64,000 nucleotides of DNA from Cycas panzhihuaensis (lineage: Eukaryota; Plantae; Cycadophyta): positions 174,599,741 to 174,663,740 of the forward strand of contig CM041465.1 in the NCBI GenBank assembly GCA_023213395.1, in the 5' to 3' direction. How positions within the stretch are numbered: position 1 is the first letter of the stretch; every line of letters starts with the position of its first letter. Positions 12,797-24,175 of this stretch are shown in pieces. The translations under genes were made by a program, and so were the position numbers. The notes under the pieces were generated by a model. It ran no database searches. It saw nothing but the letters and a program-made list of their open reading frames with translations, and had not been told where the DNA came from.

Positions 12797-13165
12797 TGAT
12801 GAGTATTACTCATCCTTATGTTTTGGCATTATGTAATATTATGTGTATATTATTATACTCATATGTAAAGTACATTTAAGTTAGTTAAATAATTAATCAG
12901 TTAGAAAGTTAAGTAGCCAATTAGTTGGGTAGTTAGAAAGTAGTTTTGAAGTGGTTATCGGGCCCTCAATATTAATGAGAGACCCCTTCATTGTAAAAAA
13001 AGCATCCACGAACATTAATGTTCATTAGTGATCGTTTGTGTGTATTTCATGAATGTAAGCCAAATTCTCTAAGATAATAGAAGAGAATTCATACTATTAC
13101 CTCTTCGACAATCCCTATCTAATGGTAACATTCTTTGATACTGCATTCTCCACGATTGCACATCA
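12797..13165 (+). repeat. 3' LTR of A
   Basis: Repeat of 3091-3468, preceded by the PPT. Confidence 0.92.
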
Positions 13166-13978
13166 ATCCCAATGCTTAATGTTACACTGACAAAAGTAAA
13201 GGGAGTGAATAGGGTCTTGTTCACCACCTTTGTTTGTCTACCTTTCTATGGGTGGAAAGCTGTAGAAAATTTAAGCTTGTAGCTCAACTATACCAAGATG
13301 CACTCTCACTTTGGCCAACATCCACATGAATTACCATAAATGAACAAATATTTATCCTTACAATTAAATAACCCTCCATATACAATCAAGATGAAAGAGT
13401 GCACTATATGCATCCAACTCACCCCATCATAAGTATTAATCAATTACTTACAAGCAATTCATTTATCTCACGCGGGTTTCAATTTATTCATACAACAAAC
13501 AAGAGGAGAATGTTCCATGTTGAAGTTGCAAGAATGAGGAGTTACAAGTGTGGTTTCTAGAATCCACCATCTAATGCACATTGTCCTCAATTGTTTATTT
13601 GCTAGAATTAGTGGCCACGTTCTCGTGTTACCACTACCTCACTCTATAATGCCCCAGTTCATTAGGTAGTGCATCCCTTATACTAACATGCAAATGGTGT
13701 CCATGTCACATGTTTAGACAATAGGCCACCATGTTGGTCCTCCCTAGATTAGTCTCACAAAGGAGGCAACCTAGAGTTCTCTAGCTCATCTTAGAAGAAC
13801 TGACCATATCAATATCCAAGTGGTGGTGATTGACAATAAGAGACCGCAACTCACCACTCGTGGATAACTGGGAATCACTAACATGGATCTAATCTATATT
13901 CCCATCCTTGGGTTGCCTTCTCCATAGAATCTTGTCCATTGGATTTCTATGGTGGATCTAGTCCATAGAATCCAACAT

Positions 13979-14118
13979 CAAGGCCTTATAGTCCACACAG
14001 GACATGCCCAGTAAATAATCAAGGGCTTATAGACCACACACAACATGCCTAATCAGTATCAATGTATTACAATACACACAAGATATGCCTAAGCCATCAA
14101 TTAAAGTCCTATAGTCCA
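13979..14118. repeat. Degenerate ~41-bp tandem repeat (~4 units; the last is split by C and resumes at 15753)
   Basis: Units resembling CAAGGCCTTATAGTCCACACA.GACATGCC start at 13979, 14020, 14060 and 14102. Confidence 0.6.
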
Positions 14119-15747
14119 TGTTATGATCCTCCACCATATAAGGTGACTCTTATTGTAATTATCCCACATGCATAAGTCCAAGAGATGGGCAGCCCTAATA
14201 GCCCTATATATATGTATGTAATGTATGAGTGGAATCATCATGGAATATTTTTTGTAATCTTTTGTTAATGAATGTTCTTTGGAACTTCGTCTCCTTGTTT
14301 GTCTTTTATCTATCACTTTTTCTTTCTATTTCTCTATGATTATTGGTTATAGGATTTGGCTCGTAATAATTGGTATTAGAGCAGTGATCTAGGAGGTGTC
14401 ATCAAGGGTTTGAAAGCATATTCGAGAGAATAAACGTTGAAATTTTTGAAAAGTAATGGCGAATTTAAGATGAAATGGCTTGTTCTATAAATTTTGAGTG
14501 GTTGCATTATAGATTTTGAGGTAAAAGTGTGAAAATTGCAGCAGAATTAATTTTGGCCTGCTTTTTCTGTCACCGTATTTTTAGAACAGATCTGCTACCT
14601 CAACTTCAAAGAGCTATAACTTTGGCTACAGGCTATAGAACCCTCCTCCCCCCCCCAAATCTCTCCTACATCTATATTATCATGGATACAAAAAAGCCCA
14701 TACCTTGCATATTTAATGCAGATGGGACTCTTTTTGCAGATCACTGGCTTAAAGACATGCCTCTATATTTAGAATCAATTGATGTTGGCTACAGGATCAA
14801 TAAACAGATGTCTAAAGTTGCCTCATTGTATCTACAAGGAGAGGCTTATCTTTGGTTTAAGGAGTGGTATAACACAACTAGTCCATTTAATACATTTTCC
14901 TAGCTACAACTTGATATCTGTAAAAAATATAATGCTTCTTGGTGGAAAGAAATGCAAAACCTTGAGCAAGACAAACAAGAAGCTCGTTAAATACTTAGTA
15001 TAATTGTAGGATGGGGCAAGAAATTCTCCCCCCTCCAAAAGTCAAGAACAAAAGAAAAATGACGAGGGAGAAAATGAATGTCATGAGCAAATAGTAGAAG
15101 CTGTATGCCCCCACACACCACCAATTGTACCCAAGGACAAGGAAGAAAAGGCATCACCAATGGTTAAAAGACAAACTAAAGTGGAACTATATCGACATCC
15201 ACATTATTAAGAGGCCCAATGCAACAAAACTTATCAGACAAGGCCCTCATCAACTACAAACACCAGGCAAGCACAACATTCGAGCTTAAGGTTTCAATAT
15301 TACAGATATCCAGAGCATATCAGAGGACATTTCAGGTGTATCAAAATCAACTTGGGATGGATAGATCCTCATTCCATACGCAACTTTTCTAATGACCTTC
15401 GCAAGAGATATCGATTGGATAATAGTAACAGGAGGTGGTCACATGTATCATTGTATCGGGATGCTTCGAGGGCGAAGCATTTTAGGGGGGAGGGTATGTT
15501 ATGATCCTCCACCATATGAGATGACTCTTATTGTAATTATCCCACATGCATAAGTCCAAGAGATAGGCAACTTTAATAGCCCTATATATATGTATGTAAT
15601 GTATGAGTGGGATCATCGTGGAATATTTTTTGTAATCTTTTGTTAATGAATGTTCTTTGGAACTTCATCTCCTTCTTTGTCTTTTATCTATCATTTTTTT
15701 CTTTCTATTTCTCTATGATTATTGGTTACAAGATTTGGCTCGTAATA
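14119..15747 (+). mobile_element. C: 1.6-kb miniature non-autonomous Gypsy-type element with a gag fragment (TR-GAG/TRIM-like)
   Basis: LTRs at 14119-14368 and 15497-15747, both TG...TA. PBS TGGTATTAGAGC at 14371-14382 and PPT at 15484-15494. TSD GTCCA/GGCCA. Capsid motif WLKDM..YL...VASLYLQGEAYLWF at 14682-14903. Confidence 0.9.
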
Positions 15748-16103
15748 GGCCACATAAGACATGCCTACATTCTTGTGGGCCCACCATAAACACCTTGGAG
15801 AGACTCAAGGTGCATAATCACTCAGGTAGCAAGGCAACCCCCATCTTAGTTCATCCACAGTTTTTCTCATGCTTCGCCTTCTTAGATTTTTATTAAAATT
15901 TTAAGTGTGAAAATACAATTAACCAATCATCCATTCATTTCATGAACATTGCAATTTACACTCATGTAATTTTCAAAATTTTAATCCATAAAATTTCACA
16001 AGGATAATTTAATTTAAACGATAAATAATTCTAACCGACTCCATGAAAAGGGACAAATAGTCTATCAAATTTTGTCCATAATTACTCCCAACCACAAATT
16101 TAT

Positions 16104-18467
16104 TACAGTAATCCCAGAGGGTTGACCCCTTGGCCGACCTAGGGCCATCCCTCCTGGTCGACCATCACACTTGGTCGTCCGAGGACAAATCCTTTTGGCC
16201 CACCAAGAAGTAAACCACTTGGCCAACCAAGAAGAGACACTAATTATAGGTACCTAGGGCCCCGTCTTGGGCATCTTGTTATTGTTGTTGAAATTGTAGG
16301 TCTTGTGGGGAAGCCTAAGAATCTCGTGGAGGACACCTCGCCTTGAAGAGGATAGCACCAAGAATTGTGGTGAAGATACTACTTGACATTACCTCGTTGG
16401 ACTTAGACTGTGCATTAGATAAGTAACTGCTCTCTCTCTTAGTTCCTATCAATCATTAGCATTTGCTTAGTTTTGGTTGTAGTGTTTTTATGTAGGAATC
16501 CTCTGACAATACATCTACATCTGCGAACAACCTATCACCATCTCCCAACCCATCATGCCTAACAACAGCCATAGGGATTGCTACATTTTGGTCTCAGAGT
16601 GAGGTTCTGAGAAGAGGGAACCTACTCCAACTTGCTCACAAACCTGAGTACCCATTTCCATGCCCTAGATTTCCAGACAAGCTGCCCAATAACCCTAACA
16701 ACACTCCAAAGTTGCCTACATCCTTTATATCAAATCTGCCGCCATTAACCTACCATCATCTCCAACCTACCTAGCTGTGACCCTATTTGTAGATCTAAGA
16801 TCTGCCACACCTTGCCAAAACCCTAAAAAACTACTACATACGACACCTGAAATCTACCATCCCAATTTTGCTTGCCACTAACCTAACCATCATTTTTAAA
16901 CTTGCCAAGCCGCCAATCTATCTGCAGATCTCAGATTTTCCACACAATCCTCATACCTCCTCATAGCCCACTCCAACCAGAACTCACACCCCTGTCACAC
17001 CCACAAATCTTCCCACCAATCTAAACCTATGTTAACAAAACTAACACATCATAAACCCACAAGGAATTTAATTAGAACCCCCCCAACCTTAGAAATTAGG
17101 TTAGGGTCCCCTATCGGTAGACTCCCACTAGGGACAAGAATATCTGAACACTAGACAAGCGTAAGTGTTAAAAAGACAAAATGGTGAACACCCCCTTAGT
17201 AACCATAGAAGATGTCAACAAAAGGTTCGTTAGACTCCATGATAAAATGGTTAGGATGAATGATCAAACGACTAAGAAATACAAGAAGTTATGGCAAGAT
17301 GTAACCAATTCCATGGAATCAGTAAGCGATGCCATCAGAGATATAAACCAAACCTTATGAATCAAGGAAGTTAAAACCAAAGAGGATGATGAAGAAGGAG
17401 AATACCAAGATAGGAAAAACCTCTATCAAGAAAAGAACAGAACTAGTAGAATCGACGAGAAAGATGGAAAAGAGTTTGGCCTCAAAAACACAAAGTTCCT
17501 CTTAGAAAAATTTGACCCAAAAAGATCTAGAGACATTAGAAGTTAGATAATCCAAATGGACATGTACTATCAGTTAAACCCTGGATCCTAAAATGATAGA
17601 ATAATAGCAGCCTCCCTACGCCTATACGGGAAGGCCCTAAAGTGTTTTCATTGGTGGAACAACATGCACCAAAATTTTAAACACTACAACTAGAAAATCT
17701 TAAAAGCATCCCTAATAGAGCAATATGAAGACCCCTGGAATACAAACTATTTCTCACAACTCATGAGGGTACAACAGACGGGTTCTGTCCAAGCTTATTC
17801 TAAATAGTTTCAAAATCTACAGAGTTTGAACACTACTAACATCAAACATGAACTATTAGTGGAAACATATATTGCCAAACTTAGGCCACCAATTAAATTT
17901 TGCCTAAAAACAATGGTAGCTCAATCTTTCAATGAAGCAACCTACCAAGCTAGGAATGTAGACGCTGAATTCTGCGAATCTAGATAGAGCCACATTTGGC
18001 GTAGTAATCACCCTAGGTACCCAATTTAGAGTTCCTCAAGCCGTATCGACCAACCAAATTGGAATAGGTTAGGGACCAAAACAGAATCCCCACTCACAAA
18101 CAAAGGTGAGGATGAGCCAAATAGACTATCTAAAGCAAAACACCTAAGGAGAGGAACTTGCTTTTACTGTGAAGGGAAATGGAGTCATGACCATAAATGC
18201 TTATCAAAGAAGGTATTCACGATCAATAATAAAGAGACAGAAGTTCCAAGTGAAGACATTCCAAAAGAAGAACCCCTCCAACAGATGAGGAGGCAAAAAT
18301 TAAGGACTTGCTAAAAGAAATTGAAAGGAAAAATGTGCAAATCTCACTTCAAGCTATTATAGGGGAAGTCAACACACCACAAACACAACGTTTCGAGGGC
18401 CTAATCAAGAATGCTAAGATATTAGTCTTAGTTGACAGTGGTAGAACCCATAACTTTATCAATAGAT
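16104..18467 (+). mobile_element. E: 5' part of a chromovirus related to B/D (LTR, leader, gag, start of protease)
   Basis: The LTR ends GGGATTGCTACA at 16585; its start at ~16104 is inferred from a degenerate terminal inverted repeat. PBS TGGTCTCAGAGT at 16589. The gag from 17181 resembles B/D (EKFD..RSRDIR, EDPWNTNYFSQL). The protease VDSGRTHNFINR is cut at 18467. Confidence 0.8.
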
Positions 18468-19621
18468 TGTTAAGTGACCTCTCAAGGTTAGCGGCACTTA
18501 GGCATCCAACCGCATGGTTAAGGTAGAGAAGTTTAATGTAAAATCTTGATTTGTGTGTGTGGGTTACATATCTCCACCAATGAGATTAAAGGCCACATGG
18601 TTCACCAATAGAATGCTAGGAAAAGCACAAGGCCAAGCATTTGTAAAGAAATCTATCATGTCATAATCCTTTCTTGTGAGATTGTATTTGTGTACATCTT
18701 AACTTTTGGTGTTCTCTAAGCTTCCTAGCACTCATTTCTTATGCTTTTGATGTGATCTGAGCTATTGAAGTGATAATAAAGATCTATTGTGCTCTCTTTC
18801 TCCTCATAAGCTTCCATTTGTGTGCAAATTGGCAATTGGATTCGTATCAAGTGGTATCAAAGTGAGGTGCAAAGATCCAACGAGAGCATTTGGAAGTTAC
18901 AGAAAAAGGGATTTTTTTTCACTTGGTGATTTTCACAACCCTTCCTTACAAGCAATTTCATTTTAAAGTTTTGTTTAGTTCTATTACTCTATGTCAGTTA
19001 GCTGCAAGCAGGCAACATAGTCAAAATCCCGAGTCCCACCCTCCCTTCCCTTAGAATATATGTACAGATTCTATGTTGGAGGTCTATAAATATCATGGGG
19101 ATCTATCATTTTTGGCTAAGCATAGTTGTGTATACGTCATTGTATAAAATGAGGTGTGAATTGTGCCAATACCTAGGCCTTAGATAGAACCCAACTGTAG
19201 ATTTGAGCCTCCACGTACCTTTGGATATATAGGAGGACCCTTATAGGTTCTCTCACTAGCCTAGCATAGGAAGACTGTCAGTGTTTGTCCCTCTATGGTG
19301 TACGGGTTAGCGATTAGCGCTTGGAAGTTACCTTGCTCAAACACCTTTGCACAGTTGTAGACCTTACACGGATGCACATTCCTCCGTAGATAGCGCCCTG
19401 AGATATTGGGTTGAGCTACAATAACAATAGGGAAGTTTATTGCATGGCCTACAAAGCCAAACACTCCTACTTCAAATGGAGTATTTGCATCCTCATCCAA
19501 ATTCTTTCTGGTTGTCTTTGCGCCACCCCCGTAAATGAAACAATAGTCTAACTAAATTAGGCAAACCCACCTCCACCACCAGACATTTTCAATTTCTCAA
19601 CAAAAATAAAAAGACTTCAAA
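18468..19621 (+). mobile_element. F: 5' LTR and leader of an LTR element (superfamily undetermined) inserted into the protease of E
   Basis: LTR at 18468-18849 (TGTTAA...TATCA) and PBS TGGTATCAAAGT at 18852-18863. The leader is homologous to the leader of Copia I. It is interrupted by G. Confidence 0.8.
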
Positions 19622-20582
19622 TGATAAATATTTATGTGTAGTCCTAATATTCATAATGTATAGTATTCTTTAGGTCCTTTTATGTATACTTAAAAGACTT
19701 ACATACATGGCACATGTCCTGCATGTAGCACCCATGTGTTTTGCATACAACAATTTGAAGTATGCATAAATATGCATGATATTCTTCAAAGAGAATCAAT
19801 GAAGAGAGAGGTTTCTCATTCCTCTTGTTTAGCTCAAACCTTGAATTCTTATCCATGTATAGACCTGGAGGCACTTTCCTACCCAAATCTTAACAATTCT
19901 TCTGTTCACAGGCCTAATGGCACATCATTTTGGTATCAAAGCCACTTATTTTCTTGAAAAGACATTAATTTTGAAGATTTCGATGCTTACAGAGGTGTAT
20001 AGAGTCATACAACCATCACACGGGCCTATACAAACGAGAAAAAAAATGGTGCTTAATTTTCAATGAAATTTCGCTAGTAGGTGCATAGCAATACAGACAT
20101 CATTTTGTCCCAAAGAAGCATCACCAAAATCTTACTCAGAAAGCAAGAAAATGAGGAAAAGCAAGGGCACATGTTTAAGGCTCAAATTGCAAATTTCTCT
20201 TAGATTTCTTAGGCAATCTCTTCGAAATTGGTCTTAATCTCTTCCTTTTGACCAGATCTATCTTTCAAGTATAAATTTGTTGCATTAAATTTTGTAATTT
20301 TTTTAATACGAACAAAAAATGATTTCAAACCCTAGCTGCCATTTTTTGTTCCAAAGCAAATTTCTCACAAACTAGACATTCAATCACAAAACAGCAACAG
20401 ATCTAGAGAGGTGCTAAAAAAAAACTTCAATTTGAGTCCAACTTTATTTCTTAGTCGTACAATTTTGTATGACTATACAGATCCATACTTTTGGGATAAA
20501 TTTTTGTCTTCTAGAATTTTTTTCCTTCTCTCTCTAGTTTCTTGTTGAAAAGTTTATTAATAAAAAAAGAAATCTTCTTGGA

Positions 20583-20604
20583 ACACACACACACACACAC
20601 ACAC
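20583..20604. repeat. (AC)11 microsatellite in the leader of G
   Basis: Read directly from the sequence. Confidence 0.95.
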
Positions 20605-20798
20605 ATATACATATAAGGGGGGAACATACAACCATAAGCCCTTCATTGGTAGGCATACCTCGTCTAAACTCTAATTATAGTATAGTCATATTGCCATAAG
20701 CCCTTTTTATAGGTAGGCATACCCTGAGTACATCATATCTCATTATCAAGAGGATCAGTCTCAACTAGACGTCACTGAACTCTTGACACAGGAGCTTC

Positions 20799-23700
20799 AT
20801 GGGCAATGTCAAGATGCTTAAGCCTTTCAACAAAATTTGGTCATCGACATGATGACTATGTTTCAACAAATTCTGTGGCAATAGATAATCCCTACAACAG
20901 TTCCAATATAGATACCTTCTTTCAAATTAGATGCAAAATCAACATACCACTTTTTGAAGGCACATTAAATGCAAACAAGTTGGACGCATGGCTTTGAAGT
21001 CTTGAAGCTTATTTCAAGATAGAACAATTAACTGTAGCATAGAGAATTGTGGTTGTTGAAGTTCACATGGCAGAACAAACCTTGACATGATGGCAAGCAC
21101 TTTCTCGCAATCAACCTCCCATCACATGGGTTGATTTCAAAAATATTGTATGTAGTCGATTCTACCCTTTAGGGTACTTGGACGAGCTCACCACATGCTG
21201 GCTACATCTACGACAGTTCTTAGGACAGTCCATTTAACAATATATTGACAAGTTTGTTAAACTTTCAATCCAGTTAGAACTCTCAAAGCCTAATCACATT
21301 CTTAAGTTGAAATTCATTGGAGGACTCTTTTCATTTTTACAACAAGAGATGGAACTCCTCAAGATTCCTACACTTGAAGCTACCTTTCACCTTGCCCTTA
21401 AGATTGAAAACAAGTTACAATGGAAGCAACGACCACCTCAAGAACCTGCTTCGTCTTCCAAAGCAGACAATGTGTCCAAGACACAACGGCCACCCAACAC
21501 AAATTCCAAAAAATACTATTCTTCCCATAAATGCTTGGGACACACGTACGCTAAATGTAGAGCACAACAAGATACACGCACTTTGGTCACCGAACCACAA
21601 GTGATACCAGATTCTGATGGCATCATTGAAGTTCCTAATCTATAGGCTCTAGATCCACATATTGTGTTGATGACTACTGAATTTTCCACGTACGACGAAG
21701 AATGGCTCTTCACACAAAACTGCCAAATCAAGGGTTGTCTAGCCCTTTGTATCATTGGCAATGATAGCATGAAGAATCTCATCTCTCAAACCCTTGTTGA
21801 TTCGTTGCAGTTGCCCACTAAGCTGCATCCCAAACCATATACTCTTAGGTCGATAACGACTATGGTCCTACAACAATAGTCGACAAGATTTGTGGTGTCA
21901 CTTTTGTTATTCCACCATTCCTTGATGTGGTCAATTGTGATGTCACTCTTATGGATTGCAGTGACATTCTTTTGGGGTGCCATATCAACATGATCAATGA
22001 GCATTATATGATGGCTTCCATAATACTTACACATTTCACAAAAATGAGAAAGCATACAAGCTTACTTTTGTAGTCAATGCTTCTCCATCATTAGCTCTCA
22101 TCACAAGGAATCCTACAATCAAACTTGCTAGCACATCCAAACAAATGGCACTCTGTGTAGTTCGTCAAGCTAAAAAGGAAAATTATAATAAAATTCCACC
22201 AAAAGCAATAAGAGCTCTTTTAGATGTGTACTTTAATGTCTTCGCAGAACCTAAACGTCTTCCTCCAATACGAGTTGTCCAACATTCCATTGATATTATT
22301 CCAGGGTCTCCCCTTCCTAATCAAGCTTCCTATTGCACCATTCCTCTCACCCATGCCGAACTGGAATGACAACTTACCCAATTGATTGATGAAGGTAAAA
22401 TCCGACCAAGTTGTTCCCCTTGTCACTCCCCTACAATCCTGATTCCAAAAAAAGATAAAGAGTGGCACCTATGTATCAATTACCAAGCTCTTAACAAAAT
22501 CAACATAAAAAGTCATTATCCACTTCCTCATATTGATGATTTGCTCGATCATCTCAAAGGTCAAATACTTTACTAAGATCAACTTGGCTTCTAGTTATTA
22601 TCAAGTTCATGTCAAAGCTCATCATACTTGCAAGACAACATTCAAGACTCAATGTGGTCTCCATGAATGGTTGGTTATGCCCTTTGGCTTAACCAATGCC
22701 CCTACCACCTTAATGTGGCTTATCAATGATATTTTTCACCCCCACTTGGGCAAATTTGTCATTGCATATCTCGACAACATTCCGATCTTCAACAACACCT
22801 TAAAAGAGCATCTTCAACATGTTGACACAATAATGGATTTATTACAACAACATCAACACAAAGCCAAGTTCAAAAAATGTTTCTTTGCACAAAAATCTAT
22901 ATCCTACTTTGGATTCATCATCAAGAAGGCTGGCATTCATGTCAATCCGGAAAAGGCCTGTATCATTCAAAATTGGCCCATACCTTCTACTCTCACTAAG
23001 CTCAAAAGTTTTATTGGCAGCATCAACTTTTACAGAAATTTTATTTCCCACTTTTCCAAGATCGCACATCCCCTCAACATCCTTACTACAAGTACCAAGG
23101 ATTTTGTATGGACTCCCTTCACTAAAGCAACTTTTCAAAAACTCAAAGTTGCATCATGTACCGCACCAATTCTCCATCTCCTCAATCTTAATCAGCTTTT
23201 TGAACTCAAAAATGATGCTTTCCAATTTGCCCTCGATGCCATTCATAAGTAGGGAGGACACCTAATAGCCTATCACTCTAAAACATTTTCTCAAGCCAAA
23301 CTCAATTATAGTACTTATGGTAAAGAATTTTATGCCCTAGTACAAGATCTCCACCATTGGTGACATTTTCTCCTTGGGAAAGAAACTATTGTTCATACTG
23401 ATCACCAACCTCTCCAATTTCTTAACTCCCAATCTAAAATCGAGGAGCATCAACACCTCAAATGGGCCTTCTACATACAACAATTTCAACTTGTGATCAA
23501 ATACAAAAATGAGTGTCCAACAAAGTAGCCGACTTTCTTAGCCAACCTCTAATCCACACCTTGACCACCTTCTTGGATGCCACCTACAACAGATATTCTG
23601 AATGGTAGCATTTGTTCCCTTTCGATCCACAATTTGGACCTATCTTGTCCACCTTGTCTCATCCCACACAAACAAATCTTGAATCTTTTCTAGGTTATCA

Positions 23701-24175
23701 CATTCAAAAAGGCCTCCTATATAAATTTAATCAACTTTGTGTACCTGTGGGAGCACAACAACAACAACTACTCAAGGAGGCCCATTCATCAATGTACGTT
23801 GGACATTTTTGGATGCATAAAACACTTCAACATCTACAACCTTACTTCTACCGACCATCCATGCAAAAGACGATGGAGGATTATATTGGATGCTACCCTT
23901 TGTGCAACCAATCCAAGCCCTCTGATTAGAAGCTTGGACTTTATCAACCTCACCTAGTCCCTAGTTGGCCATGGGAATCAATTACGATGGACTTCGTTAA
24001 CGGGTTACCCATAACTTAGCGTGGCGATGACTACATTTTTGTCATTGCTTGTCATTTTTCAAAAATGGTTGTTTTCATCCCCTGCAACAAAGACATCTCT
24101 GCACCTTAGGCTACAGAATTTTTTTTTCAACACATATAGACCCACTATAGCCTTCTGCTCTCTATAATCTCCGAC
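20799..24175 (+). pseudogene. gag-pol of G (resumes at 27877-28458)
   Basis: ORF fragments at 20806-20997, 21307-21645, 21664-21879, 22145-22576, 22533-23252 and 23612-23929. The start coordinate is approximate. Confidence 0.9.

Larger units (their letters stand above)
3091..13165 (+). mobile_element. A: non-autonomous CRM-related LTR element carrying gag and protease only (~3.5 kb without B)
   Basis: LTRs at 3091-3468 and 12797-13165 (TGATG...ATCA). PBS TGGTATCAAAGC at 3472-3483 (tRNA-iMet type) and PPT at 12783-12796. TSD ATCCT/ATCCC. No RT or integrase core between the protease and the PPT. Confidence 0.9.

Noticed and set aside
13979-14118. CRISPR-like repeat array
   Set aside because: These are diverged tandem units without unique spacers or cas genes, in a eukaryotic transposon context.
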